Source: an uncultured Desulfatitalea sp. (GTDB lineage: Bacteria; Desulfobacterota; Desulfobacteria; Desulfobacterales; Desulfosarcinaceae). Taken from it: a DNA stretch of 64,000 nucleotides. The position numbers and the translations under genes were made by a program. The notes below the pieces were generated by a model. It was given only the letters and a program-made list of their open reading frames with translations. It was not told where the DNA came from and did not search any database. The stretch is taken from contig CAXXMB010000002.1 of NCBI GenBank assembly GCA_963668675.2, forward strand, positions 1,760,001-1,824,000. The letters run 5' to 3'. Positions 24,195 through 34,515 of the stretch are shown in pieces (the first letter of the stretch is position 1; every line of letters starts with the position of its first letter).

Positions 24195-26093
24195 ATGTTT
24201 GAGATGCCGGAAGTAAAGCTTGAACTCAAAGTATTGATGCTGGACGTCGCCACCGGCTTTTACCGCATGCAACGCTACGGTGTCGGTGATTTTTTCGGTC
24301 CCGTGGATATGGGAATTCATCTGGCTTTCAAGCACAACGCCTTGACCATCGGAGGTGGGCTGCTGGCCGGATCTATTTTCCCCGGATCCAACCGGCTGAT
24401 ATTCACAGGTATCTCCCCCTGCTGGCACGGTTTTTTTGTCTCCTCCATGGGAGGGGCGGCCCTGGTTTTTGACAACCTCGGCATCAACATGCTCAGTCTC
24501 ATGGGCAAAGCCCCGCATCCTTCCCTCTTGTACCTGAACCGCAACCACGGCGAAGAAATCGAGGTGGAACTGGCTCCGGTCGAACCCGAACGGATCTGGG
24601 ATCAGGGCCGCAAAGGGGTGTATGCCGTAATGGAACATGCCATCCAACTGTTCGGTCCGAGGTATGAAAAGGACCCTCGGGTGCTGGCTGTCGGACCGGC
24701 CGCCCGCTTTACCGATTTCGGCGCCGTTGGGTCCGCCCCGGTGAAAAAAGGGAAACTGACCCCTGTAGATACCTGGGCCGGCAGGGGCGGTTTCGGCAGC
24801 AAGCTGTTTCAGGAGCACGGCCTGGTGGGGATCATCTACGGCGGTACCCATATTGATGAGGATTTTCGGGATCGCGCCGTGGCCGACCAATGGTTCCAGG
24901 ACAAGTTCAACCAGCGGATGGCAGCCAAAGACATGGCGGTCACCACCAAGTACCGTTACGACCCGAAGTTAACTACAGGCGGTACTTTCGGGGTCAATTA
25001 CGCCACCATGGACGGCGATATCCTGGCCTTCAATTACCGCACCATCCACTGGGGCCGGGAAGCGCGCAGGGGCCTTCACCAACGGTTTATTCTGGATCAC
25101 TACCTCAAACAGTTCAACGAGGAGACCATAGCGACCAAACAGCAGCGCACCTGCGGCGAACCTTGCGCGGCTGTTTGTAAGAAATTGAACGGCGCCTTCA
25201 AGAAAGACTATGAACCGTATCAGACCATGGGGCCCTTGTGCGGCATTTTCGACCAGCGGGCCGCCGAACAGCTCAACCACCATGCCGACCGCCTGGGCTT
25301 CGATGCCATCTCCGCGGGCGGAACGCTCGCCTGGCTCATGGACTGTCTGGATGGTGGGCTGATCACGCCCGCGGAGTTGGGTGTGGATCAAACGCCCAGG
25401 TGGGAAATGGCGACGTTTGATGTGGTGGGCGATTCCATGCACAATGCCGGGCTGGGTATCGCGTTGTTGAATCAGATGATACTGCCCGACGGAAAAATAC
25501 CGCTGCAATTCGGCGCCCGGAAATTTGCCCGCCGGCTGGCGCGGGAGAAGGGCCGGGAGGTGCTTGACCGTTTCGTATACAACGCCTTTGCCCGCCAGGG
25601 CTGGATGGTTCCCAACCAGTACTGGACCCCCGGCGCTTATGCGCCCATGGCCATTACGGGTAAATATTACATGCATTACGGCCGTGATTTCCTGCCACCC
25701 CGAGAGCTGGGCAGAGAAAATGCCCGACGCATGCTCAAGGAACTGATGCTGGACAATCTCGGAATCTGCCGCTTCCACCGCGCCTGGGCGGAAACATTGA
25801 TTCCCGATATCGTTGAAAATATCTTCGGGGAAAAAGATGCCTTCCTGAGATCCGTAAGTCTGACCGCCGGCCGAATTACCAGCCGCAACGCCTCGGTATT
25901 CTGGGAGTCGCAGCGCAACATGGACATGGTGTTCACCTTCCTGAAAAACAAGAAAGAGATCGACGGGGTCAGTCATCCCGAGCTGGACCATTGGATTGAT
26001 TTTTTCACCCGTGACAAACATGCCGCCGCCTACGAGTTCTGGTACGAAATGCACAAAGGCATCCATGAAATGCTTCGGGAATATCCGGTGTGA
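24195..26093 (+). CDS. Tungsto/molybdopterin aldehyde:ferredoxin oxidoreductase, GAPOR-like
   Basis: AGSIFPGSNRLIF..SP.W.G.F.SSMGGA, WAGRGGFGS, TTKYRYDPKLTTGGTFG.NY, TCGEPC..VCKK, YEPY and DNLGICRFHR.W match my recollection of archaeal GAPOR; lies between pyk and aldolase. Confidence 0.8.
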   Translation: MFEMPEVKLELKVLMLDVATGFYRMQRYGVGDFFGPVDMGIHLAFKHNALTIGGGLLAGSIFPGSNRLIFTGISPCWHGFFVSSMGGAALVFDNLGINMLSLMGKAPHPSLLYLNRNHGEEIEVELAPVEPERIWDQGRKGVYAVMEHAIQLFGPRYEKDPRVLAVGPAARFTDFGAVGSAPVKKGKLTPVDTWAGRGGFGSKLFQEHGLVGIIYGGTHIDEDFRDRAVADQWFQDKFNQRMAAKDMAVTTKYRYDPKLTTGGTFGVNYATMDGDILAFNYRTIHWGREARRGLHQRFILDHYLKQFNEETIATKQQRTCGEPCAAVCKKLNGAFKKDYEPYQTMGPLCGIFDQRAAEQLNHHADRLGFDAISAGGTLAWLMDCLDGGLITPAELGVDQTPRWEMATFDVVGDSMHNAGLGIALLNQMILPDGKIPLQFGARKFARRLAREKGREVLDRFVYNAFARQGWMVPNQYWTPGAYAPMAITGKYYMHYGRDFLPPRELGRENARRMLKELMLDNLGICRFHRAWAETLIPDIVENIFGEKDAFLRSVSLTAGRITSRNASVFWESQRNMDMVFTFLKNKKEIDGVSHPELDHWIDFFTRDKHAAAYEFWYEMHKGIHEMLREYPV

Positions 26094-26115
26094 TAAAACA
26101 ATCAAAGGAGGGCCG

Positions 26116-26299
26116 TCCCGGCCCAGGACAGGATTAATCCGGTATTCTTTGGGGAGGCGCCCGATGCCTGGCGCGACACGCGTCCGGAGCGCCGGGACGA
26201 GTTCGTTCATTTTTACTCCTGTTACGACGCTGCGGGACCGGTGCATACCGGATACTGGATTCGTCATGTGGCGGTCTCCGATTTCACCTATGACATGGG
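26116..26299 (+). pseudogene. 184-bp diverged copy of part of the lipoprotein gene at 54883-55066
   Basis: Colinear match TCCCGGCCCAGGACAGGAT...TTCACCTATGACATGGG. Confidence 0.9.
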
Positions 26300-26522
26300 A
26301 CGAACTCGGCAGAAACGGCATCGAACGGATGGTGGCCAAAACAAACGAGTGGGTCTATTACCTTGGCGGCCTGGCTAAATAGCAGGACCCGTACGATATG
26401 TTGAAGCCAGTGGTAAAGGGCATCAGTGGATTTATCCTGAAACATCTGTAGGACCGGGTTTTCGTTGTGTGGTCGATTGAAGACGGCGATGTTCCATGAA
26501 CCCCGGAACTGAATGTTTTATG

Positions 26523-26888
26523 AAAGAATTAAGATCAGCCGACAAGGCGGATTCAGGCGACGACAAATTAGCGGTCACTATCGATCGCCAGTAGCAGGAA
26601 GGAGGTGATACATATGCCAAATAAAGATGGAACTGGACCCAAAGGTCAGGGACCGAAAGACGGTCATGGTAAAGGCAAGGGAAAGGGCAAGGGCAACAGT
26701 TCTGGTCAAGGTCCGATGACTGGAGGAAAGAAAGGAAGTAAGGAAGAAACCAAAAAGTAAGCCAGTTTTAAAAACGAGAATTGAGGGCTTACGAACAATT
26801 GCCTGAGCGCAGACCAAAAAGGCCGGGGCTAACATTATCGTTGGTCTTCATGTCTTGTTTCCCGGCCTTTTTTGGCCGCTTATGCGGA
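26523..26888 (+). repeat. 366-bp direct duplication, copy 2
   Basis: Identical to 10173-10538. Confidence 0.95.
26614..26760 (+). CDS. 48-aa Gly/Lys-rich small protein, copy 2
   Basis: Identical to 10264-10410. Confidence 0.7.
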   Translation: MPNKDGTGPKGQGPKDGHGKGKGKGKGNSSGQGPMTGGKKGSKEETKK

Positions 26889-26929
26889 CCGTTATGGATG
26901 AAGCAACAAAACGGGAAGAGGAATTGCGA

Positions 26930-27952
26930 ATGAACAACGATAAACTCAGATCAGTGGCAAAAGCAATCGTCGCGAAACAGAAGGGCGTGCTGGCGGCTGA
27001 CGAAAGCAATCCCACGATCAAAAAGCGCTTCGATTCGATCAAGGTCGAGTCCACCGAAGAAAATCGCCAACGGTACCGCGAAATCCTCTTCACAACCGAA
27101 GGGATTGAACGCTATATCGGGGGTGTGATTCTCTTCGACGAAACCCTGCGCCAAAGCACGCGAGATGGCACTCCCTTTGCCGAGCTACTATCGAGCCGGG
27201 GGATTGTACCAGGGATCAAGGTGGACAGAGGCGCTAAAGCGCTGGCCTTGTACCCTGAAGAAAAAATCGCCGAGGGGCTTGACGGCCTGCGCGAGCGACT
27301 CGTCGAGTACAAACAGATGGGGGCTAAGTTCGCGAAGTGGCGGGCGGTTATTGAGATCAACGAGCGCGATGTTCCTACCGCGTTCGGTATTCGTGCGAAT
27401 GCCCACGTATTGGCGCGTTACGCCGCGCTCTGCCAGGAATTGGATATCGTGCCGATCGTGGAACCCGAAGTCCTCATGGATGGTGCCCACGACATCGAAC
27501 GCTGCGAAGGTGTCACATCCAGGGTTCTCGATGCCGTGTTCACCGAGCTTGATGCCCATCGCGTGCTGTTCGAGGGTATGTTACTAAAGCCGAATATGAT
27601 TATTGCCGGCATGAAATGCGCGCGTCAGGAAAGCGTGCAGCGGGTTGCCGAGGCCACGATTCGTTGCATGATCCGCTACGTGCCGGCGGCTGTCCCCGGA
27701 ATCGTATTCCTGTCCGGTGGGCAGAGTGCGGAAGATGCCACTGATCACCTGAATGCCATCAACATGATGGGCCCGCATCCGTGGCAAGTCAGTTTTTCTT
27801 ATGGGCGCGCGCTGCAGGCACCGGTGCTTGCAGCCTGGAAAGGTCAGGAAAGCAATATGGCTGCCGCTCAGAAGACGTTCCTGAAACGCTGCCAGTTGAA
27901 CGGCCTAGCTCGCGACGGGAAGTATACCCGGGCAATGGAAACGGCTGGATAA
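26930..27952 (+). CDS. Class I fructose-bisphosphate aldolase (eukaryote-like type)
   Basis: [54 protein letters not shown]. Confidence 0.95.
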   Translation: MNNDKLRSVAKAIVAKQKGVLAADESNPTIKKRFDSIKVESTEENRQRYREILFTTEGIERYIGGVILFDETLRQSTRDGTPFAELLSSRGIVPGIKVDRGAKALALYPEEKIAEGLDGLRERLVEYKQMGAKFAKWRAVIEINERDVPTAFGIRANAHVLARYAALCQELDIVPIVEPEVLMDGAHDIERCEGVTSRVLDAVFTELDAHRVLFEGMLLKPNMIIAGMKCARQESVQRVAEATIRCMIRYVPAAVPGIVFLSGGQSAEDATDHLNAINMMGPHPWQVSFSYGRALQAPVLAAWKGQESNMAAAQKTFLKRCQLNGLARDGKYTRAMETAG

Positions 27953-27982
27953 TCAGTATGATTTAATCGCAATAGAAACCTG

Positions 27983-28135
27983 GTATTCGTCGCAGCTTAA
28001 GCGGGCTATGCGAACGCTCTGGGTGGTTCTTGACCAACTCGACCAAATGTGGATTCCAGTTGTCCCCGATTGGAGGCTGAATGAGCGACATTACAGGGCT
28101 TTGCCGGGGCTCAACAAAGCCAAGACAGCCTCCAA
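27983..28135 (+). pseudogene. gpmA internal fragment
   Basis: Matches about 10717-10870 (CTCTGGGTGGTTCTTGACCAACTCGACCAAATGTGGATTCCAGTT). Confidence 0.9.
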
Positions 28136-28191
28136 ATTATGAGACACCTGATCCGATTAAATTAAGCTCCAATCTTTGGCAATTTTCGTCA

Positions 28192-28249
28192 CGACAAGTC
28201 GATTCCCCTTATTGACGACCGGCGGGACCACAACGTCGAGGTACGATTG
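28192..28249 (+). pseudogene. Fragment of the 3' end of the glucan synthase gene
   Basis: CGACAAGTCGATTCCCCTTATTGAcGACCGGCGGGACCACAACGT matches about 6703-6760. Confidence 0.9.
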
Positions 28250-28358
28250 CCCAGGACGCCGCCAACATCCTTTAAAACCGCTTAAAAGACCCATCCGCAC
28301 CGGCGTCCTGTCCAAATGACAGGCCAACGATTGGCCATGGTCGCAACCATCGCAAAAA

Positions 28359-28504
28359 GGTCAAATGTGACCACCGGTTGAATATGACCCTTTTTAGATG
28401 GCGATTAACGGTGGACCCGGAATGTTTGTTTAGTAAAATAAGATTAAATATCAGCAGCATGGGTATCATTACAGTGAGTGTATGGTACCTGGCACAAAAA
28501 TTGG
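28359..28504 (+). promoter_or_regulatory. Cassette 3, upstream of csbD
   Basis: GGTCAAATGTGACC-ACC-GGTTGAATATGACC at 28359; TGGCAC-AAAAA-TTGG at 28490 (131 bp). Confidence 0.78.
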
Positions 28505-28782
28505 ATATCCAGCAATTAGAAGATACTGGCACGACGATTTCCATCAGCGCTCCCTGTCATCTTCCAAAACGCGATGAGCGCTGCCTGTGAACCGCTGCCG
28601 ACCGCAGTATCACCGCCGCCTGACGTTCGTAATGCCTTGTTTCCGAATTCATTTCGGCGTTGGTCCGACAATCGCGCCGCCAATCTTCAACCGGTGGAGA
28701 ATTAAGACAAGTTCCGAAAAAAGCCCCATCGGTCTGTTACACGGGAACTTCACTACACCCGTTATTCAACAGGAGGTCTATC

Positions 28783-28962
28783 ATGAAATCAAGCACCCAG
28801 GACAACACAGAAGGCAAGTGGCACAAAGTGAAGGGCAAGATCAAGCAGGTCGCCGGAAAAACAGTCGGAAACCGCGACCTGGAAGCCGAAGGCCAAGCCG
28901 AAAATCTTGGCGGTAAAGTTCAAGAAAAGATCGGCGAGATCAAGAACGTCGTTGGGAAGTAA
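28783..28962 (+). CDS. csbD: CsbD-family general stress protein
   Basis: EGKWHKVKGKIKQVAGK.VGNRDLEAEG..E..GKVQEKIG; RBS AGGAGG. Confidence 0.9.
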   Translation: MKSSTQDNTEGKWHKVKGKIKQVAGKTVGNRDLEAEGQAENLGGKVQEKIGEIKNVVGK

Positions 28963-28966
28963 ACAT

Positions 28967-29191
28967 ATGGCAACCCATCCGGATGCAAAACGAAAAGATG
29001 TCCTGGAAAAGATCGCCCGCCAGGCGATGCAGACTTATGGCTTCCTGCCCGATTTCTCAGCGGATGCCCTTGGCGAACTGGAGACGGTGCAGCAAGGCGA
29101 TCATGTGGCAGAATCTCCCGGGGTAGACCTGCGCTATCTGCTCTGGGCTTCCATTGACAACCATGATTCCCTGGATCTGGACCAATTGACC
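28967..29191 (+). pseudogene. N-terminal fragment of an RNB-domain (RNase II/R-like) ribonuclease
   Basis: IARQAM..YGFLPDFS...DLRYLLWASIDNHDSLDLDQLT, then truncated. Confidence 0.7.
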
Positions 29192-29214
29192 GCGGCCCAG
29201 TTTCGCGGAATCGC

Positions 29215-29430
29215 TCCTGGTCTTCAACGGCTTTAGTTTCCCGAGCCGCCACACCATGGCGGCCACGCTGCTCTATGGCGTGCTGGCCGCATTCGTCATG
29301 GTTCTGCTGGTCGGCTTCAGCCGCGTGTGTCTGGGTGCACATTATCTGAGCGATGTGCTGGGCGCCGCCGCGGCGGGTTTGACCTGGCTGGCGTTGACGC
29401 TGACGGCGGTCGACACCTTGCGCCACAATC
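29215..29430 (+). pseudogene. PAP2-family phosphatase C-terminal fragment
   Basis: FSFPSRHTMAATLLYG and VGFSRVCLGAHYLSDVLG motifs, with the intervening part shortened. Confidence 0.75.
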
Positions 29431-29655
29431 GCGGTCAGCAGGTGTACAGCTATGGGATCGGGCGCCTGCTGCGTGCGGCCGTCTCATTGGTTTTGGCACT
29501 GACGCGAAGGCGCTTTCCCGTTGCCCGAACAATGGCGATCGCCCGGCATAGCGTACGGAGAAACCGAATGAAGCTGCAACCGCAAACCAAGCACCCCCCG
29601 GGTTTTCCGACACGGATGATGACGCGCTCTTCACCCAGTATACGGGAGTTGCCCC

Positions 29656-31002
29656 ATGAATAAGTTCAACCAGCTTTGGAGCAATTTGCGATCAAACTTT
29701 TGGTTTATGCCCTCGCTGATTGTCCTGGTCAGCATTGCTCTCGCAACCGTGTTGATCGAGGCGGACTCCGCCGGTAGCGACCGATGGCTGGCCCAGTGGC
29801 CACGCCTGTTTGGGGCCGGTCCGGAAGGAGCGCGCGGGATGATGTCAACGATTGCCGGTTCGATGATGTCCGTGGTGGGCGTTACGTTCTCCATGATATT
29901 GGTGGTGCTGGCGCTGGCCTCGAGCCAATACACCTCGCGCATTCTGCGCAACTTCATGCGCAGTCGCGTCACGCAGGTCGTGCTCGGGATCTTCGCCGGC
30001 ATTTTCACCTATTGCCTGATCGTGTTGCGCACCATCCGCGGAGGAGACGGGGGCGTATTTGTTCCAAGCCTGGCCGTGTTCTTCGGTTTAGTGCTGGCGC
30101 TTGGAGGTGTCGGTACCCTCATGTTCTTCATTCATCACATCGCCTCTTCGATCCAGGCTTCCAGCATCATCGCCTCTGTCGCCCAGGAAACCACGACGTC
30201 CATCGACCGGCTTTTCCCGGAAAGACATGGACAAGGGCTGGGCGAAGACGATGATGACCAAACGCTGTGCCCTCTATCCAATCGGAATTGGCGCATCGTC
30301 CCGGCCATGCAGAGCGGCTATATCCAGAGCGTTAACAACGCAGCGCTTCTGCGCCTGGCGCTTGACAGGAAAACCATCGTAAGGATGGAACACGGCATCG
30401 GCGAGTTCGTTGTTCAAAACACCATGCTGGCCTCAGTCGCCCTGCCAGACCCACCGGAAGAAGAGACGATTGCCGCCGTGCAGGCGGCTTTCAGCATCAG
30501 CCGCCACCGCACGGTAGAACAGGACGCGGCCTTCGGCATCCGACAGATCGTGGATGTGGCCTTGAAAGCACTCTCTCCCGGTATCAACGACACAACGACG
30601 GCCGTGATGTGCGTGGATTATTTGACGACGATTCTGGCTCGGATCGCGCCGCGGGAGATACCCTCTCCTTACCGCTACGAGGATGGGGAACTGCGCGTGA
30701 TCGCCATGGGGCCGAGCTTTGAAAGCTTGCTGGCCGATTCGTTCGATCAAATTCGGAGTAATGCCAAAGGCGATGTCGCCATCATGTTGCGGATGCTCGG
30801 GGCGCTTCAAACCATCGCCGGTCTGACGACCAGCCCTCACCGGCGGCGGGCGCTTGGCGATCATATGCGATGGATCGCCGAATTGGCTGACCGCACCCTC
30901 GCGTCCGCCCATGACCGTGAGAGGATCGACGCACGGTTGGCGCGAGCATGCGAAGCGATCGGAACAAAGTCCGCGTTGGGCCCAGGGAAGCATGAAGGAT
31001 AA
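29656..31002 (+). CDS. DUF2254-family membrane protein
   Basis: GVTFSM..V.L.LASSQYTSRILRNF, QDAAFGIRQIVDVALKALSPGINDTTTA. Confidence 0.88.
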   Translation: MNKFNQLWSNLRSNFWFMPSLIVLVSIALATVLIEADSAGSDRWLAQWPRLFGAGPEGARGMMSTIAGSMMSVVGVTFSMILVVLALASSQYTSRILRNFMRSRVTQVVLGIFAGIFTYCLIVLRTIRGGDGGVFVPSLAVFFGLVLALGGVGTLMFFIHHIASSIQASSIIASVAQETTTSIDRLFPERHGQGLGEDDDDQTLCPLSNRNWRIVPAMQSGYIQSVNNAALLRLALDRKTIVRMEHGIGEFVVQNTMLASVALPDPPEEETIAAVQAAFSISRHRTVEQDAAFGIRQIVDVALKALSPGINDTTTAVMCVDYLTTILARIAPREIPSPYRYEDGELRVIAMGPSFESLLADSFDQIRSNAKGDVAIMLRMLGALQTIAGLTTSPHRRRALGDHMRWIAELADRTLASAHDRERIDARLARACEAIGTKSALGPGKHEG

Positions 31003-31005
31003 GGG

Positions 31006-31324
31006 ATTGAAGACCGGGGAAGCCATATTACGTATTCCGCATTAGGGCAGCAGGCTCCCCTCGAAGAAAAGGAAAAAAAGGGACCCTGACTTCGCCAAGC
31101 GCAAGAAGATGAAAGCACTCCTCGATAAACTTATCCACTAGTTTTCCGTGCGCTTGGGTGGCACCAAATCCGTGGATGTCACCAAGCCGGGCATTGATAA
31201 AGCCTACGGGATTCGAAAACTCCGGGACACCCTTGGTATTGCTACAAAGGATAAGCTGCTTGAACACAAGCTGTACATCAACAAGCACGACCAGGGCAAG
31301 TCGGAGATTCTCAACTGGAAATGA
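31006..31324 (+). pseudogene. Spliced remnants: HAD-IIB (phosphomannomutase-like) hydrolase fragment, then phosphoketolase C-terminus
   Basis: IEDRGSHITYSALGQQAPLEEK / DPDFAKRKK / GG.KSVDVTKPGIDKAYGIRKL (one frameshift, one stop), followed at 31247 by KDKLLEHKLYINKH...EILNWK*. Confidence 0.7.
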
Positions 31325-31578
31325 GGCAACCCCCTATGAACGACCAAAAACATATAGATAGCGAAAGGAACGCGGGAGTGTATGAGGCGCTGAACTGCAA
31401 CGGCCAAGGCCACCATACCATGGCCATCGATTTTGAGCGCATGAAATGGGCCGAGCGGGTGTTTGATCTGGATCGGCTGTGCGGCGAACTAAAACACTTT
31501 TCATCCGACAAATTCCAATTGTTGGAACTTTCGAAATTAGAATTTACAATCGCCGTTTTGGCAGAAAGGCGGAATCGC

Positions 31579-32028
31579 ATGTTCCAACAAATTCTTTGTC
31601 CAACTGACTTGAAGAAGCGGACCGATATCGCTGTTAAAAAGGCTGTACAGATAGCCCATCAGTTCGGTTCAAAAATCACTCTGCTCAATATCCACGAAGA
31701 GTTCATGGATAAGGACGAACGGGAAATGCTGCGCGTTAGCGTTAACAAAATGAAAGAAAAATTCAGACACATCGCTTTCGATTCTAAAGAAGAGATGAAG
31801 GCTGTCATCCATAGGTTACATGCCGATGATATTGAAGTGGAGTACCTTTTGCATGACGGCAAGCCGGAAAAGGTCATCGTGGAGGTTGCCGTGCAACTTG
31901 GAATAGATCTGATCGTTATGTGTACTGACGGTAGGGATGGCCTCATGGATTTCGTTACCGGCACCATTACCGAGCATGTTATCAATGCATCCCCATGCCC
32001 TGTACTAGTCATCCCCAACAGGGGGTGA
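31579..32028 (+). CDS. Universal stress protein
   Basis: MFQQILCPTD...DLIVM...GTITEHVINASPCPVLVIP; the longer ORF from 31321 appears to include unrelated remnant sequence. Confidence 0.9.
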   Translation: MFQQILCPTDLKKRTDIAVKKAVQIAHQFGSKITLLNIHEEFMDKDEREMLRVSVNKMKEKFRHIAFDSKEEMKAVIHRLHADDIEVEYLLHDGKPEKVIVEVAVQLGIDLIVMCTDGRDGLMDFVTGTITEHVINASPCPVLVIPNRG

Positions 32029-32145
32029 GCCCCGAGCGACCGATATCGAGCGCCGAACCGGTATGTGGGCGGTTTCGGAAAAAGAAAAGTAAGCTCAGAG
32101 AAGACGCGTCCCGTATGGGGAACATTGTATGCACGAAAAGGTGAA

Positions 32146-32619
32146 ATGATGCGTATCGGCATAGCTGCAGACCACGGTGGGTTTGATTTGAAGGCGCAAC
32201 TCACGGTAACCCTCAACGCCGCCGGTCATGAAGTGACGGACTTCGTCGTCCATCATTAATCAGGCCATCGCTGTGGTCTTTTAGTGGCCGGTACCGACAA
32301 AGCCGAAGTCTTGCAGGCGGTCCTGGCTGGCCCCCAAGACCCCCCTGCGGTTTCCCTCCCAGCTTATTCATCCTGACGCGGGCTGAACGGGTTCGTCGAT
32401 CAGGCGGTAGATGCCTGGGGCAAGGGCATTGGGTCGAACCTGCTTAAAAAATGCCTTACCATTGCCGAAAAGATAGACTTTAAAACAGTACACGGCATTG
32501 TGCTGCACGAGAACGAGAACATGCTTGCCTTGGGGAAAAAAATGGGGTTTGCCAGCAAAAGAGAGCCCGATGCCGGAGACAAGGAGCTGGTGATCCATTT
32601 CGGAGAGAGCAGGCCATGA
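32146..32619 (+). pseudogene. Spliced remnants: RpiB N-terminus, 6-phosphogluconolactonase C-terminus, GNAT C-terminus of the Pat-like gene
   Basis: MRIGIAADHGGFDLK (32149-32244); IINQA..V.LVAG.DKAEVLQAVL..P..FPSQLI (about 32250-32407, frameshifted); 32408-32619 matches 53530-53734. Confidence 0.8.
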
Positions 32620-32721
32620 AGTCCACTCCGACTCGCTTTATTCGTGTTTTCCGATAGAGACCGTTTTGAACGCGAATTGCTGTCGATACCTTTCACCAGC
32701 GGCGCCGAAGGGCCCGGAAAT

Positions 32722-32868
32722 GGTCATATTTGATCACTGGTTGGATTTGACCCTTTTTTAGGTGCCGGTTCACGGCGACCCTGGCAATGCCTTCCATGCC
32801 AATTAAGATTAAATATCAGCATGATGAAAGCGCTACCGCGGACGTTTAACACTTGGCACAATGCTTGA
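32722..32868 (+). promoter_or_regulatory. Cassette 4, upstream of small stress/membrane proteins and kup
   Basis: GGTCATATTTGATC-ACT-GGTTGGATTTGACC at 32722; TGGCAC-AATGC-TTGA at 32854 (132 bp). Confidence 0.78.
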
Positions 32869-33081
32869 ATTCATATGTGTCTTATGGATTGCCACAACGA
32901 TTTCCGTTCGCGTTGATCTTCATCTTCGAATCCTTTCTCTTTCTGCGATCGGTTGCCTCCCGCAGAAACGCAGCAGCTGCAGAACCGGCAATGTACAAAT
33001 ACGATCGACGAGATCAAAAAAGCCATCAGGAAGTAACTCTATATATCTGTAGAAACTGATGGCCATAGAAAGGAGTTCGAT

Positions 33082-33231
33082 ATGCTTTGGACCATATTTA
33101 TTATTCTACTGGTTTTATGGGCGCTGGGATTGATATCCGGCTACACGCTGGGCGGTGCCATTCATGCGTTGCTGATCATCGCCATCGTTGTGGTGCTGAT
33201 CCAAGTTTTTCAAGGCCGAAGACGAGTGTAA
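33082..33231 (+). CDS. lmo0937-family small membrane protein (49 aa)
   Basis: MLWTIFIILLVLWALGLISGYTLGGAIHALLIIAIVVVLIQVFQGRRRV; RBS AAGGAG; absent from the ORF track. Confidence 0.85.
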   Translation: MLWTIFIILLVLWALGLISGYTLGGAIHALLIIAIVVVLIQVFQGRRRV

Positions 33232-33285
33232 CCCTCTAAACCATCGCCAGACAAGGCGAGGTGTTTACCAAAAAGGAGAAAAACG

Positions 33286-33600
33286 ATGAAAAAGAGAAGT
33301 GGGCTTATCGGCTATTTGGTTTTATTTATGTTTATCGCCGCGTTTGTTGCCTGCGCATCGACAGCCACACAGGAAGGCACCGGAGAATACGTGGACGATT
33401 CGGTCATCACGACCAAAGTAAAATCCTATCTGGCCGCTGATGATTTTCTCAAATCCTTCCAAATCAATGTCGAGACCTTCAAGGGCACTGTGCAACTGAG
33501 CGGTTTTGTGAATACTCAAAAGGCTGTCGATAAAGCAGTCGAAATCGCACGCAGCGTGCAAGGGGTCAAATCCGTAAAGAATGATTTGATCGTGAAATAA
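33286..33600 (+). CDS. BON-domain (OsmY-like) lipoprotein
   Basis: Lipobox FVAC; GEYVDDSVITTKVK, INVETFKGTVQLSGFV, GVKSVKNDL. Confidence 0.92.
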   Translation: MKKRSGLIGYLVLFMFIAAFVACASTATQEGTGEYVDDSVITTKVKSYLAADDFLKSFQINVETFKGTVQLSGFVNTQKAVDKAVEIARSVQGVKSVKNDLIVK

Positions 33601-33738
33601 GACGAGGCAGGCCTGGGGACCTGCGTCCGAATTTTCCACCGCCGGTTAAGACCTGTTGCTTTATCGGGTTGACGGCATCGCTGCACGCTACAGACTCAAG
33701 ATGCAGCGCAACAGTGCGGATATGAAAGGAGAAATACG

Positions 33739-33930
33739 ATGCCGTTGATTCAATTGGTCATCGTTTTGGTTGTCGTGGGGGTGGTGCTATGGCTGATCAA
33801 CAGCTACATACCGATGCAAGCCACCGTAAAGAAAATCCTCAATGCCGTCGTGATTATTGCATTGATCCTCTGGCTGTTGAGTGTCTTCGGGCTCATAGGC
33901 TCCCTCCAAGGGATTCGGATTGGGAGATGA
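33739..33930 (+). CDS. Thivi_2564-family small membrane protein
   Basis: LIQLVIVLVVVGVVLWLINSYIPM...KKILNAVV..LWLL.VFG. Confidence 0.85.
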   Translation: MPLIQLVIVLVVVGVVLWLINSYIPMQATVKKILNAVVIIALILWLLSVFGLIGSLQGIRIGR

Positions 33931-34046
33931 AAACCAACACATGGACAGGCATCATCCTGATCGTAATCGGAATAGTTGCTTTTACGTATCAGGGCATTGC
34001 CTGCACCACCAGGGAGAAAATCGTCGATCCGTGTGCATCCGTATGA
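33927..34046 (+). pseudogene. Truncated DUF3185-like small membrane protein
   Basis: MKTNTWTGIILIVIGIVAFTYQGI..TTREKIVD, then breaks off. Confidence 0.55.
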
Positions 34047-34515
34047 CGGCCAAGAAAAGAAGAAGGGCTGATGGGGTGGTTAGGTATCGACTTTAAGGAG
34101 GCTGCTATGAAGGACAACCAAATAACAAACGAGGGAAAACAAGAGACGCAACTGAGAGCCCCGAGCCCAACAAGCGCTCAAATTAAAGGCGCGACGGACA
34201 AAACTGCGGCCGACGCGAAGATGGCGTTTTACAAAAGCGTTCAGGAGCTTCGCCGTGAAATCAGAATGCGTCAAACCGGATGGTAGAAAATGGCATTGCG
34301 GAAGCGCTTGATGTCACCCTTTCCCTTTCTTCAAAAAAGCAGAGGATTGCCATACAAGGGCCCTTCAATGAACTTCGGATCGAAAAGGAAAACATCTTCA
34401 AGTCCATTGCCGGTCCCGTATTGAATCCGATGCAAGATGCGTGGCAATCCATTCAGGGTCAAGAATGCACGGTATTTTGCTCTGGTTCCGCAGCCCATCC
34501 GCAGGGGTAGCCACG

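Noticed and set aside
27983..28249. Diverged gene copies as DGR template/variable repeats
   Set aside because: Differences are not confined to adenines and no reverse transcriptase is present in the window.
31321..31578. N-terminal extension of the USP as a novel fusion
   Set aside because: USP has its own RBS-like sequence and ATG at 31579; the upstream part looks like remnant sequence that happens to be in frame.
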